Source: Octopus vulgaris | Taxonomy: Eukaryota | NCBI GenBank assembly: GCA_951406725.2 | Contig: OX597822.1 | Coordinates: forward strand, 9,672,001 to 9,736,000 | Direction: 5' to 3' | Length of the DNA: 64,000 nucleotides | In this document: positions 1-13,370 of the stretch, in pieces | How the letters are laid out: the number at the start of each line of letters is the position of its first letter | Position numbering within the stretch: position 1 is the first letter of the stretch | Notes under the pieces: generated by a model | What the model saw: the letters and a program-made list of their open reading frames with translations, nothing else | What the model was told of the DNA's origin: nothing | The model's database searches: none | Translations under genes and position numbers: made by a program

Positions 1-374
1 ATATAAGAGACCAAAGTGTACATACCTTGTGCCTGTCAAAACTTATGTCCCTGCCGTAACGCTTTACTTCCATACACGCCAGCTTAATTTAATTCATCCT
101 TAGTCGAAAGATACCCATATTTGTGTACCATCTTTCCGTCCTTGTTTTCATATACATTCACTGCTTTCTTCCAAGGAATCTAGTGCTCTTAGTTTAGTTT
201 TTCCTTGGGGCTGGCCAGATTGGAGCAATCTTGAGTATAACCAGCTGAAATTGCAAAGATAATCTGAAATTCAACTGAGGAAAGAAAACTCCAAATAACC
301 CGTCCTTGTCCCATTTTTGTATTTTTTATATATAAAAATATAGCAGTGTACCTATACTTTGGTCTCTTATGTAA

Positions 375-425
<51 letters not shown>

Positions 426-789
426 TATATACACATATACATATACATATATATATGTATGCATGTGTGTGTGTATGTATGTATGCATGTGTATATATTC
501 CTTCTTATCCAGTACATATAATACCAAATAAAAATAATAAATATTGAAAATTAATACTAGACTTTTGAGATGAAATTCCTCAAAAATCTTAAAACTACAA
601 TAAATATAATGCTTAACCAGAAAAAGAAAAATAATAGAATTATAAGTTGTTACTTACTCTGTTTAAAAAGCAAATTTAGAAATTAAATCTTTGCTAGTAT
701 AATTGAGTCAGCATTGAACAAATGTAAATTGTTCGGCATTTCAAGCATTACAACTGCACATCTGAGTTAGATATGCATTAATAGTACCA

Positions 790-1350
790 GTTTGTTTAGT
801 GTTCCTTCAAGGTAAGCAATAATCTTGGCAATATTTTTCACGTTGTTCCAGGCCATATTTCTCAGAGACAACAGCTCCAAGCTTTCAAAGTTGAATTTTA
901 CTTCTTAAATCTGTTTTGATAACATTCATGCTATGAAATAAACTTTCTACCTCAGGCGGTGATCTGGCAGAAATGTTGGCACGCCGGGCAAAATGCGTAG
1001 CTGCATTTCGTCTGCCGTTACATTCTGGGTTCAAATTCCGCCAAGGTCGACTTTCCATTCATCCTTTCGGGGTCAATAAATTAAGTACCAGTTACACACT
1101 GAGGTCAATGTAATCGACTTAATCCGTTTGTCTGTCCTTGTTTGTCCCCTCTATGTTTAGCCCCTTGAGGCTAATAAAGAAACAGAAATAAGCTTTCTAC
1201 CTCGGTGTTTGCATTAGGCAATATTAGGGGATTAAGGTTTAGTACTGCTATATCTCAAAAGGGATTTACTCCAATAGTAATTTCTGTCTAAAATTTTCCT
1301 GGAATTAGTAGTCTTGATTAACTGACCCAAATGAAACTACCTTTGGTTCA
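790..1350 (-). pseudogene. hAT transposase C-terminal dimerization-domain remnant, split by a SINE
   Basis: Removing the SINE at 954-1184 and one TSD copy gives minus-strand GVNPF*DIAVLNLNPLILPNANTEVESLFHSMNVIKTDLRSKIQL, resembling the hAT motif LP.SNA.VER.FS.M..IKT..R; contains stops. Confidence 0.7.
954..1184 (+). mobile_element. tRNA-derived SINE family B, full length with 19-bp TSD
   Basis: Head ggcggtgatctggcagaa, B-box-like gggttcaaattcc, core tcatcctttcggggtc.ataaattaagtaccag, tail ggctaataaagaaa; TSD gaaataaactttctacctc (935-953) / gaaataagctttctacctc (1185-1203). Confidence 0.85.
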
Positions 1351-1387
1351 ATGATACAAAACTCCCTTCTCAGGCGTGGCTCGTAAG

Positions 1388-1835
1388 TGCAGGCGTGGCT
1401 GTGTGGTAAGAAGCTTGCTTCCCAACGACATGGTTCTGAGTTCAGTCCCACTGTGTGGTACTTTGGGCAAGTGTCTTCTACTATAAACTCAGACCAGCCG
1501 AAACCTTCTGAGTGTATTTGGTTGAGGGAAACTGTAAAAAGCCATCACGTGTGTGTGTGTGGTGTGTGTGTGTGTGTGTGTGTGTGTATGCGTGTGTGTG
1601 TGTGTGCATGTGTGTGTGTGTGTGTGTGTGTGTCTTTGTGTGTGTCTTTGTGTCAGTGTTTGTTCGCCACCACCGCTTTGACAACTGGTGTTGGTGTGTT
1701 TACATCCCTGTAACTTAGCCATTTGGTGAAGAGATCGATAGAATAAGTACCAGGCTTAAAGAGAAAGAAAAAAATGTACTAGAGTTAATTCATTCGACTA
1801 AAAATTCTTTATGGTGGTGCCCCAGCATGGCCACA
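1388..1835 (+). mobile_element. SINE family A (tRNA-derived, internal TG/TA microsatellite), diverged copy
   Basis: tggctgtgtggtaag...gagttcagtcccactg head and 3' ggtgccccagcatggcc; matches many other copies in the window. Confidence 0.8.
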
Positions 1836-2109
1836 GACTACATTTATATTATACATTATGCACACACATACACACACATACAAAATTGTCAAATAGATAT
1901 AACTATTTGACCACAAATATTTGAGTCTTCTAAGTTATACCAATGAATAAGGAATTCTATAAATGTGTAAATATATGCAAAAACCAGATGAAAGGGAAAC
2001 TTCCTGGATGCATTTATGGATCACATTTGAATCTGATTACAATCAGTTTAAAAAATTATAAGTTATAATTCTATTTTGATAATAGAATTATAACTCTTTT
2101 ATAATAATA

Positions 2110-2604
2110 CTAGCGGTATCGCCCGGCGTTGCTCGGGTTTGTAAGGGAAATAACTATATAAGCATTTTTAGAGAGTTATAGCCAAAAAGTAGCAAAAAAA
2201 TGCATTAAAAATGGAAAAAAAATGATGGTAAATTTTTTTAAATCGTTGACTCATCGTAGACATTTTTAGAGAGTTACTTCCCTTATATAATAGCCAAAAA
2301 ATGCATTAAAATGGAAAAAATGATGGTAAATTTTTTTTAAATCGTTGACACATTGTAGACATTTTTAGAGAGTTACTTCCCTTATATAATAGCCAAAAAA
2401 TGCATTAAAATGGAAAAAATGATGGTAACTTTTTTTTTAAAATCGTAGACTCATCGTAGACGTGCACTAATACCCAGAAGGGCTCAATATGAATCACGAC
2501 TATAAGATACCCGGTTTTGGTTAAACTGCACCGCAAAATGTGGGAATGGTTAGGAATCTAAATCGTAGGAGACAGACACACAACTTCACTTTTATATAAA
2601 AAGA
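2110..2604 (-). mobile_element. Non-autonomous Helitron with an internal ~100-bp tandem duplication
   Basis: Minus strand begins TC, ends with GC-rich hairpin cccgagcaacgccggg then CTAG, inserted between A and T; shares sequence with copies at 5046, 22684 and 31861. Confidence 0.8.
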
Positions 2605-3289
2605 TTTTAGCGAAAAGACATTAATTTATTCTTTAATTCAGTAATCTATTTTATGCATCGTAGTTTAGTCAAAGCTGGATTTTAAAAGGCAATTAAAGCA
2701 AAACCGGTTTTCACGTTTAATGGTTTCGTTAATTGCATTTCACATTGCATATACTCAGAAAACTATATGGAACGTTGTGATTAATAAATAAACACTCGAA
2801 ATATAAATGGGGTCGAAATCAATATAAACTATGAATTTATTTTCTCAAGCAGTGCGTTTGCAACCAGCATGTATCGAAGGGAACTAATTATTATATTATG
2901 ACAAGAGTAGCTTCCCTTATATATCGCGCACTTCATTTTTGATTAATATTTTCTTTGCTTTCTCCAGCAGAGTTAATAAATCGTCGGAAAGCGGAGCTTG
3001 AAAGATTAACTTTTATTTTCTTCTGGCGAATAAAATAAAGTATCAGTCAGATGCAGGGTGGGCCAGAAGTTACGCACTAGATAAATTCAATATACTCCAA
3101 AATTGTCACCATGCTTCAATTTTTAAAAAAATCGAATACAATAAAATGATGATGAATACACACGGATTTGTACATAAAGAACAAAATGAATAGTAATAAT
3201 AATAGTAATAATAATAATGATAATAATAATAATAATGGCTTCAAATTTTGGCTCGAGGTTAGCTATTTCGGAGCAGTGATGTGGCTGGT

Positions 3290-3640
3290 CAGATGATTAC
3301 ATCGATTCCAGTGCTCTATTGGTACTTAATTTATCGACCCCGAAAGGATGAAAGGCAAAGTTGACCTCGGCGGAATTTGAACTCAGAACGTAGTGGCAGA
3401 CGAAATACCTATTTCTTTATTACCCACAAGGGGCTAAACACAGAAAGGACAAACATGGACAGACATAGGTATTAAGTCGATTACATCGACCCCAGTGCGT
3501 AACTGGTACTTAATTTATCGACCCCGAAAGGATGAAAGGCAAAGTCGACCTCGGCGGAATTTGAACTCAGAACGTAGTGGCAGACGAAATACCGCCAAGC
3601 ATTTCGCCCGGCGTGCTAACGATTCTGCCAGCTCGCCGCC
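3290..3640 (-). mobile_element. SINE family B, full copy plus partial tandem duplicate
   Basis: ggtacttaatttatcgaccccgaaaggatgaaaggcaaag...cagacgaaatacc occurs twice (about 3321 and 3505); head ends at 3640. Confidence 0.85.
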
Positions 3641-3646
3641 TTTTGT

Positions 3647-4055
3647 CTCTTTACTCTTTACTCTTTTACTTGTTTCAGTCATTTGACTGCGGCCATGCTG
3701 GAGCACCGCCTTTAATCGAGCAACTCGACCCAGGAACTTATTCTTTTTTTTGTAAGCCCAGTACTTATGCTATCGGTCTCTTTTGTCGAACCGCTAAGTA
3801 ACGGGGACATAAACACACCAGCATCGGTTGTCAAGCAATGCTAGGGGGACAAACACAGACACACAAACAAACACACATGCATATATATATACATATATAC
3901 GACAGGCTTCTTTCAGTTTCTGTCTACCAAATCCACTCACAAGGCATTGGTCGGCCCGGGGCTATAGCAGAAGACACTTGCCCAAGATGCCACGCAGTGG
4001 GACTGAACCCGGTACCATGTGGTTGGTTAGCAAGCTACTTACCACACAGCCACTC
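3647..4055 (-). mobile_element. SINE family A
   Basis: Reverse complement of the 14397-14823 copy with (ctctttta)n tail. Confidence 0.9.
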
Positions 4056-4361
4056 TTTCTGTTTGATTCTCACAATTTGACAACCGCTATTGGTTTGTTT
4101 ATATTCTCGTGACGTGGTAGTTTGGCAAAAAAAAGAAAAAATAGGACGAGAGAATAAGAGTTATACTTAAAATGAATAATAGTGGCGATAGGGGGCGATT
4201 TGTTTGACGGAACACCAGCCGGTGCTCCAGCATAGCCGCAGTTACAATGACTGAAGCAAGGAGTAAAAGAGTAATCTCATTATACAAATATTTATTAACG
4301 GTATTTTGATTGGATTTTATCTTTGATTCCTCATAACAATAGACACACACACACACACACA

Positions 4362-4424
<63 letters not shown>

Positions 4425-5045
4425 GAATTATGAAAATATCTATTTCTGAAAAGCCAATTTTTGAACGAACCAATAAAGGTGCCTCTACCTGGTCATTCGC
4501 TCCGCTAGAAATATCAGCTAAATTTCCTCCGAATTATTCTTGACTGTCTTCAACTACGAAGGAACACAGTGAATAATGTATCCTATACACACCATACAGT
4601 GCTCGTAACAACAACAACAACAGCAACCACCACCACCACCACAACAACAACAACAACAACAACATAAACAACAACAGAAGTGTCAACAGCAACAACAATA
4701 AAATTATTGAACATTAAACTATATTTATATGAAATCTAATAATCCTGTTCTCAATAAGATTAATAAATTTTATATGAAGTGCATTATTAAATTTTATAAC
4801 ATCGTTTATATAATATTAATTATCAACTTATTAAATTAATTATAAATTATTTAACTCTATATACACAGTGCTCATTAGGCAGAATGATATATACTAAAGC
4901 AGGGATGGGGAAACCCCCGCCGCCGCCGGTAGATTTTCGCCCGCGAACCCATTTGCGCCGGGAACCCATTTTATTTCGCCCGCAAGCTGATATACTTGTA
5001 TGCGCAAAATATAGTAAATTTTTCAATTATAAAATTTATACAATA

Positions 5046-5439
5046 CTAGCAGTATCGCCCGGCGTTGCTCGGATTTGTAAGGGAAATAACTATATAAGCA
5101 TTTTTAGAGAGTTATAGCCAAAAAATAGCAAAAAAATGCATTAAAAATGGAAAAAAAAATGGTAAATTTTTTTTTAAATCGCTGACTTATCGTAGACATT
5201 TTAGAGAGTTACTTCCCTTATATAATAGCGAAAAAATGCATTAAAATGGAAAAAATGATGGTAATTTTTTTTTTTAATCGTAGACTCATCGTAGACGCGC
5301 GCTAATACCCAGAAGGGCTCGATATGAATCACGACTATAAGATACCCGGTTTTGGTTAAACTGCACCGCAAAATGTGGGAGTAGTTAGGAATCTAAATCG
5401 TAGGAGACAGACACACAACTTCACTTTTATATATAAAGA
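5046..5439 (-). mobile_element. Non-autonomous Helitron nested in the hAT element
   Basis: 5'-TC...hairpin...CTAG-3' on the minus strand; near-identical to 2110-2604. Confidence 0.8.
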
Positions 5440-5597
5440 TTTGTATACCAATAGGTCGCATTTCCACTACAACTCAAAACGGTTAGATGCGACGCGAACA
5501 GAAAATCGTCTGGTAATTGCCATTTGAATGGAAATTTTGTTTTCACTATATAATACATATTGCTAGGTGTGTACCACCCCCTTGAGACAAAACTGGA

Positions 5598-5980
5598 TGG
5601 AAGCGCTCCGTCGGTTACGACGACGAGGGTTCCGGTTGATCCGAATCAACGGAACAGCCTGCTCGTGAAATTAACGTGTAAGTGGCTGAGCACTCCACAG
5701 ACACGTGTACCCTTAACGTAGTTCTCGGGGATATTCAGCGTGACACAGAGAGTGACAAGGCCGGCCCTTTGAAATACAGGTACAACAGAAACAGGAAGTA
5801 AGAGTGAGAGAAAGTTGTGGTGAAAGAGTACAGCAGGGATCACCACCATCCCCTGCCGGAGCCTCGTGGAGCTTCAGGTGTTTTCGCTCAATAAACACTC
5901 ACAACGCCCGGTCTGGGAATCGAAATCGCGATCCTATGACCGCGAGTCCGCTGCCCTAACCACTGGGCCATTGCGCCTCC
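5598..5980 (-). mobile_element. SINE family C (tRNA head) with 15-bp TSD
   Basis: Minus head ggaggcgcaatggcccagtggttagggcagcggactc...ttcgattccc (A/B boxes); TSD tgagacaaaactgga / tgagacaaaactaga; copies at 13623 and 58502. Confidence 0.85.
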
Positions 5981-6319
5981 TGAGACAAAACTAGACACTA
6001 GCTGAAAGCTATAGAACACCTCATTAGCAATATAAATGCCCTAAATTCAGTGGCGGCGTCGATGAAGATGTTACGCGTTAATCTAATGTTAATCTAACTT
6101 ATTTTTATTAACGTATATCGAATTATATACATAGACATATACGAGATCTACACAGATATAAGAGTCAGAACTTGTAATCTGCCCGCAGACCTTTTTCTTA
6201 GTCAATTTTTTGCCCACCGCACTAAAAAGTTTCCCACCCCTGTACTGAAGGTATCCACTTGACTGTCGACGCTAGTGTATGCATATATACTTGTATGCAT
6301 GCATACATACATACTATAA

Positions 6320-6550
6320 TGTGTAACACACTGCTTAAATACCAACCTTGAGAAATTAGGCTTTTCAAAAACCAGAAAGGAGAAAGCTAATTCAAAGACT
6401 ACAGATCCAATCCACCACTGGAACTGTAAAAAAATCTATAAAACTTTCCAGAAGTTTATCATTTAAGCATATATGAGCATGTTTAGATATGCAAGTATAT
6501 GCACGAGAATACATAAATAAAGCGAAACGTAGAAATCTGCACGTATACAT
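6320..6550 (+). mobile_element. 3' fragment of a (TACA)n-associated RLE non-LTR retrotransposon
   Basis: Encodes CLNTNLEKLGF..RKLIQRLQIQSTTGTVK..KTFQKFII*, same family as 21290-21552 and 59360-59630. Confidence 0.65.
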
Positions 6551-6555
6551 TATTA

Positions 6556-7380
6556 TGGCTGTCCCTCGTTATCGAGTATGGCCATTGCACGAAGCTTAAC
6601 TGTTACTGGTGCTGTGATCGAATGTGACTTTTTAGCCCAGCTAAAGATCTACAATGTCTTGTACAGAATTGGCAACTAAAACCTTTACCGCCAATAGCCG
6701 GCTGTAGTTGTAACTGGGCTTCATGTACCTTTGCATGTCCTCTTGCCGAATTACACTCTGACAGATATGATTAGTATGGTGTGTTACACCACCACCAGTG
6801 GCCAGGTTGTCACTCATCTGTCTCATTTTATGACTACGAAGATGACCCTTGAGTCCAGCTTTACTGAGGCAGGGTCTTGCACAGACATTGCATGTCAAAA
6901 TTAAAGGAAGACCCTTCCTTTCTGGAAGTGTAACAGCGATGCCCTTCCTGACATCCCTCCTTACTTTCTCATGTGCAACTCGAGATTTCTCAAAAGTGGC
7001 TGTCCCCTCATGCACAATCCTTCTCCACCTGCTACGATCAATAGCTATGCCTTCCCATGTGTCAGGAGAGATGTAAGCATCTCTTAAGGAAGCCTTCAGC
7101 AAGTCCTTATACTTCTTTTTTGGTTTATGTGGAGGTCGTTCTCCTTTAGCTAACTCTCCATAAAAGAGTTGTTTTGGCATCCTTGAATCCTTCATCCTGA
7201 CCAGATGACCACTCCATCTGAGCCTTTGCTTTAACACAAGAGCTTCTATACTTTCACACCGAGAGCCTTCCAATATTTCAAGATCACTAATGTGGTCCTT
7301 CCACTTAATGCCATAGATCCGTCTGAGACACATCTGATGGAAACGTTCCAGTTGTTTAAGGTGGTATGGATATGTGACCT
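6556..7380 (-). mobile_element. RTE-clade LINE, 5'-truncated (post-RT C-terminal region)
   Basis: ORF 6641-7333: CLRRIYGIKWKDHISD..RLRWSGHLVRMKDSRMPKQLFYGEL..G.R and a C2H2 finger CNVC...HLRSH; ends in a short taataa tail. Confidence 0.85.
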
Positions 7381-7473
7381 CAACGGAATTTGAACTCAGA
7401 ACGTAAAGACAGACGAAATATCGCTAAGCATTTAACCCGGCGTGCTAATGTTTGTGCCATCTTGCAGCCTTAT

Positions 7474-7810
7474 AACCAACCAGATATTGCTGTGTGGAAC
7501 GACAAGGAAAATATATGTTCTGTTGTGGAAATCGGTTGCCCTTTGGATACCAGTGTGGTTAGAAAAATGCAAGAAGATGAGAACATCTATGGATTATTGA
7601 TAAGGAATTTGAAAATCCAGTACCCAAGATACACTTTCAGTTTCATAGCTGTTAGTACTGGAGCAACAAAATACATACCATCATGTCTGGAACAATGTAT
7701 GGCTGAGCTTGGGTTCTTGGGCAGGGAAAATGTCTTCTGCATACACTACAAACGATCACGATATCTGGAACTATAAAATTTTGCAAGAAATTCTTAAAAT
7801 TTAAAGGATG
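7474..7810 (+). mobile_element. RLE non-LTR retrotransposon endonuclease fragment
   Basis: NQPDIAVWND..CSVVEIGCPLD...ENIYGLLIRNLKIQYP, a PD-(D/E) restriction-like endonuclease motif. Confidence 0.7.
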
Positions 7811-7879
7811 GACTAAACGCCCACCACACTTTTATACATACGCACGTGCATGCACGCATGTATACATGCACATATTTTT

Positions 7880-8242
7880 TTTTTTACTTGTTTCAGTCAT
7901 TTGACTGTGGCCATGCTGGAGCACCGCCTTTAGTCGAGCAAATCGACCCCGGAACTTATTCTTTGTAAGCCCGGTACTTATTCTATCGGTCTCTTTTGCC
8001 GAACCGCTAAGTGACGGGGACGTAAACACACCAGCATCGGTTGTCAAGCAATGCTAGAGGGACAAACACAGACACACAAACATACACGCACATATATATA
8101 TATACATATATACGACAGGCTTCTTTCAGTTTCCGACTACCAAATCCACTCACAAGGTATTGGTCGGCCCGGGGCTATAGCAGAAGACACTTGCCCAAGA
8201 TGCCACGCAGTGGGACTGAACCCGGAACCATGTGGTTGGTTA
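7880..8242 (-). mobile_element. SINE family A (5'-truncated)
   Basis: High identity to other family A copies. Confidence 0.85.
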
Positions 8243-8246
8243 TTAC

Positions 8247-8277
<31 letters not shown>

Positions 8278-8331
8278 TGTATGTATGTATGTATGTATGT
8301 ATGTATGTATGTATGTATGCATGTATGCATG

Positions 8332-8365
<34 letters not shown>

Positions 8366-8719
8366 TGTATGTATGTATGTATGTATGTATGTATGTATAG
8401 TATGTATGTATGTATGTATGTATGTATAGTATGTATGCATGTATGTATGTGTGTATGCTTGCATTATATAACCATGTGTTTGGGATTTGGAAGGGAAACA
8501 TTCATTATTCTTCTTATCAGAATAACAAATCTGCACAGAAACCTAGAAATATTCGGGTTCTCCAAAGAAGAAAAGAGCAACCTGTTTCGTATTCTCCAAA
8601 TACATACAATCGATCAGAGGAAAAATAAAAATTTATAAAACATTTCTCTCTGTGAATCTGGGTCAACATGTCCAAATAGTCACATAGTCACACTTTGAAT
8701 TCTGCAAAGAAATATACTA

Positions 8720-9296
8720 TATACATACATACATACATACATACATACATACATACATACATACATACATGCATACATACATACATACATACATACATAC
8801 ATACACACATGCATACATACATACATACATACATGCATGCATGCATGCATACATACATACATACATACATACATACATACATACATACATACATACATAC
8901 ATACATACATACATACATACACACATGCATACATACATACATACATACATGCATGCATGCATACATACATACATACATACATACATACATACATACATAC
9001 ATACATACATACATACATACATACATACATACATACATACATACATACATACATACATACATACATACACACATGCATACATACATACATACATACATAC
9101 ATACATACATACATACATACACACATGCATACATACATACATACATACATACATACATACATACATACATACATACATACATACACACACATACATACAT
9201 ACATACATACATACATACATACATACATACATACATACATACATACATACATACATACATACATACATACATACATACATACATACATACATACAT
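8720..9296. repeat. (TACA)n microsatellite of about 580 bp; a (TATG)n tract lies at 8248-8450
   Basis: Directly visible. Confidence 0.95.
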
Positions 9297-9507
9297 AGTT
9301 AATCCAAACAAGAAAACACAAAAAAAACACAGCAACGCGGGGACGTGGAACAAATTAAGTATTATTGGACGCTCAGGAAAGAAGGGAAGGAGGGTTTAAC
9401 GTTTCGAGCGGAGCTCTTCGTCGGAAACAAAGGAGAAGGAAAGATCCCGAGAAGAGAAGACTGAGGAAAATAAATTGCTGGCGGTGCTCACGAGGTCCCG
9501 AGGTCAC
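9297..9507 (-). mobile_element. Short hammerhead-bearing repeat (PLE pLTR or retrozyme-like); second copy at 36278-36481
   Basis: About 200 bp near-identical to the reverse complement of 36278-36481; flanked by microsatellites. Confidence 0.7.
9394..9428 (-). ncRNA. Minimal type I hammerhead ribozyme (CCGACGA variant)
   Basis: gttt CCGACGA a gagc tcc gctc GAAACGTTA aac; palindromic helix III region AACGTT. Confidence 0.6.
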
Positions 9508-10440
9508 ATACATACATACATACAAACATGCATACATTTGTGTGCGAGAGTGTTTATGCGTTATTGTGAGGTTCCGGCAAAGGAAACGAACGATCGAAGG
9601 AGGCAAAAAAGACAAAAAATGCATGGTAAATGCCCTGGAATGTTTTTCAGCAGCGAAATGCGTCCGATGCTGTTGTCGTGGTTAATTGCTGAGTTAGCAA
9701 GGACGACATTGTAAGCATGCTTGAAGGATGCGCGAGACAGATAATTTTCTCTGTTAATTACGTGACCAAACGGAGGTCTAACAGGGGGAAATTATGTCTA
9801 AACACGAGAGCAGAGCATGTGATCAGTCGACGTGCTTCGAGTCGGGAGAAGAATTGAGCTGATGCAGACATATAGCAAAACAAGTGGGTAGATGTGCATA
9901 GCAGAGGTGCATGTGCATGAGTGCAATAGAGCTTGCAAGGCTGAGGTTAATGCTAGGGCATTGAGCACAAATACAGTGTACAGTATTGAATATGCCAGTG
10001 ATTAATGCAGTAAGGCTGAGGCTGTCAGCCGGTGCATGAGCTATTATATGCCTCGATCGTGCAGGAGCGAAAGTGTGGCATGCTGGCGCGTTGTGAGAGA
10101 CAAACAACTTTCTCTATGTATGCGTGACCGACCTAGGGTCTTACAGAGATGAGTTGTGTCTAAAAGGGCGCATTGAGCATGGAAAAACAAGCGAGGAAGG
10201 CATGTGTGGCGCATGCATGTGACAGAGATAGCATTTGTGTGTGTATGAACCATGTGTGCAGATGCGTGCGCAAGGCCAGGCGCTGAGGAAAGGTGCATGC
10301 GTTTATGTGCATGCAACAATACAAACATTTTCAAAGTGAACTAAAAAGAAGTACATGCAAAATATGAATAATAATAAAGAACATTAAAAAAAATATGCGC
10401 ATGAATTTAGCTGTTTTAGTGAAATGAGTCATCGTAAAAT

Positions 10441-10665
10441 TTGTGCATCGCGGAATGTGCATTGCGGAATGTGTGCTTCGCGGTATATGTGCATCGCGGA
10501 ATGTGTGTATCGCGGAATGTGTGCATTGCGGAATGTGCATCGTGGAATGTGTGCTTCGCGGAATGTGTGCTTCGCGGAATGTGTGCATCGCGGAATGTGT
10601 GCATCGCGGTATATGTGCATCGTGGAATGTATGCATCGCGGAATATGTGTATCACGGAATGTGTG
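10441..10665. repeat. 16-bp minisatellite (CGCGGAATGTGTGCAT), about 14 units
   Basis: Directly visible; unit length 14-16 bp. Confidence 0.9.
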
Positions 10666-11888
10666 ACTCGTAAACAAATGAAAGTGTGCAGTGCAAACAA
10701 CAATAAAATAAGCGAAAATAACGAACTTAGCTGAAAATAGTGTCCTTTGTTAAAAGTCGACAGCTGAAAGTGAAAAGAAGATGTGCATGCAAAGAAAAAG
10801 AGTTGTTGAAAGTCTATGTGAGAGTCTTATGTACGTGCAAAAATTCATAGACAATGCAGGGTTTGTATGCTGGAGTGAGATATAAAGCGTGTGTGTACCG
10901 AAAAGGTTGCATGTGCGGGCTTCCGTATTTTCTTCCAGTTAGTTTCTGGGCATGTAGCTGTTGAAATGATGCATTTATTGGCTTCAATGATCCACAAACA
11001 CCTTGTGCAGTGTTGCACTGTTGTGAAGTGCATCGTAGATTGCATCGCAGTATAGAGCTTTCTGTAGCAGGTCGATGGAGGGTGCATCCTGGTGGTGACG
11101 AAGGTTATCATCTTTCCTTGGTTCAGCAACTGTTGATATTCTATTTCTATAGTTCGAAGTTAGCAAAAATGCAGCGTCATGTAGCATCGGAAGGTAGTAA
11201 TTCTCTTCCATGGGGTCACCAAGTGTAAGCGATGAAGTTTTATTTTTGTCGCGATGCCCGTTATGGTGCAACGTTGAGGTCGCCAGTTTGTAACGGTTGT
11301 TTCTTTGGAAGGCCGCAATGCTCTTGTTCGGGGTCACCAGTTGTGACGGCTGATGGGTGATTTATAAACAATATTATGATGATGTCAGAATCAGCAGTTG
11401 TAACGATAAAGTTTTTCTTGTTATAACTACATGTTGTAGGATGTGAAAGATGAACAATGCATGAAGTTTTAAGAAAGTATTTATTTACCGTTACGTTACA
11501 ATACCTTGCCTCGACGGGCAGGTTATGATAAATCCAAAAGCACGCGAAAGAAAGTTAGACGTGGTAGAATCTTTTGCATAGTTTGGCGTACACAAATGGT
11601 TAGTAGTAATCCACAGAGAGAGAGAGAGATAGAATGACGCTGTAAGAGAGCAGAATTAGAGTTGGTAAGAGTTGTAAGGGTGTGGCACGTTGTCTCACAG
11701 TTGCTGACAGTAAACTTCATTTCTCCCTCTGACCAAGGCTCCAGCTGGTCAGCCAGACTTCGTTGTCATTGAGTCGTCAATATCTCACTGGACTCGTTGA
11801 GTCATCACCGTCTGTGACTCACTGATTTTTACTTGGGGTATGCTTGCTAGAAGGATAGACATATCATTGAGAACAATAGATTTAGTTA

Positions 11889-12099
11889 CTCTTTTACTCT
11901 TTTACTTGTTTCAGTCATTTGACTGTGGCCATGCTGGAGCACCGCCTTTAGTCGAGCAAATCGACCCCGGGACTTATTCTTTGTAAGCCCAGTACTTATT
12001 CTATCGGTCTCTTTTTTGCCGAACAGCTAAGTAACGGGGACGTAAACACACCAGCATCGGTTGTCAAGCAATGCTAGTGGGACAAACACAGACACACAA

Positions 12100-12138
<39 letters not shown>

Positions 12139-12301
12139 CGACAGGCTTCTTTCAGTTTCCGTCTACCAAATCCACTTACAAGGCTTTGGTCGGCTCAGGG
12201 CTATAGCAGAAGACACTTGCCCAAGATGCCACGCAGTGGGACTGAACCCGGAACCATGTGGTTGGTTAGCAAGCTACTTACCTCACAGCCACTCCTGCGC
12301 C
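11889..12301 (-). mobile_element. SINE family A, full length
   Basis: Head ggcgcaggagtggctgtg through tail gtaaaagag. Confidence 0.9.
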
Positions 12302-12970
12302 TATGTTGGTGATCTTGTTATCACTATTCTAACTTTTGGTGAAGTAGATGAGGTTAGAAAGTGTCAAGTGGTGAAGACATTATTTCGGCCTAGCTAAAGG
12401 CATCTGGAAAATGTAAAACTGCTGTCAAAGAAAAACCATTGTTCCACCGTGGGAAAAGTTATGTTGCAGTGTTAATTTAAATTTGGCTATGGTGGATCGA
12501 ATCTACCTCATGCATGCAAGATCCACTACATCTACACACACACGCACACACACACACACACATACATACACACACACATAATGTATGCATGTATATGAAT
12601 GTGTATAAAGTGGAATCCGGTTATTATAATCATATTGTTGAGAGCCTTTTTTTTGGCAATAATAACCACTTGATAACATCAAGCAGAGGATGATTTGTCT
12701 TATTAGTGTGGGTCTCACAAATTCCGATAATAATAACCGGTTAATGATATTTTGTTTGATCAAACTAAGCACTAACTGATGTGATTTGTAGGAAAAGAAG
12801 TTCTGAAGTTGTGTGTAGTAGGCTTCAGCTAAACACAAAAAAAAAGAAAAATAATTTCAAAATTTTCCTAAAAGAATTTACATTTTCAAAGGGAAATAAC
12901 TAGTAAAACTGTAGCAGGAGTTATGTACCTTTGTCAACCGTAACTCATTTCTGATAATTGCATCTGTCCA

Positions 12971-13370
12971 CTTTTACTCTTTTACTTGTTTCAGTCATTT
13001 GACTGCGGCCATGCTGGAGCACCGCCTTTAGTCGAGCAAATCGACCCCGGGACTTATTCTTTGTAAGCCCAGTACTTATTCTATCGGTCTCTTTTTTGCC
13101 GAACCGCTAAGTAACGGGGACGTAAACACACCAGCATCGGTTGTCAGGCAATGCTAGGGGGACAAACACAGACACACAAACACACACACACATACATACA
13201 TATATATATACATATATACGACAGGCTTTTTTCAGTTTCCGTCTACCAAATCCACTCACAAGGCATTGGTCGGCCCGGGGCTATAGCAGAAGACACTTGC
13301 CCAAGATGCCACGCAGTGGGACTGAACCATGTGGTTGGTTAGCAAGCTACTTACCACACAGCCACTCCTG
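12971..13370 (-). mobile_element. SINE family A
   Basis: Near-identical to other copies. Confidence 0.9.

Larger units (their letters stand above)
4900..6242. mobile_element. Non-autonomous hAT (Charlie-like) element hosting a nested Helitron and a SINE
   Basis: TIRs cagggatggggaaac / gtttcccacccctg, subterminal gcccgc motifs, 8-bp TSD tactaaag (4892-4899) / tactgaag (6243-6250). Confidence 0.8.

Noticed and set aside
1-372. Inverted ~20-bp ends and CTGAGGA at 276 suggesting a PLE hammerhead
   Set aside because: No GAAA or helix II partner, and the element may be cut by the window edge.
5910-5980. tRNA gene
   Set aside because: The tRNA-like sequence is the head of a TSD-flanked SINE found three times; no complete acceptor stem.
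10441-10665. Possible CRISPR array
   Set aside because: Units are contiguous with no unique spacers, the context is eukaryotic, and there are no cas genes.
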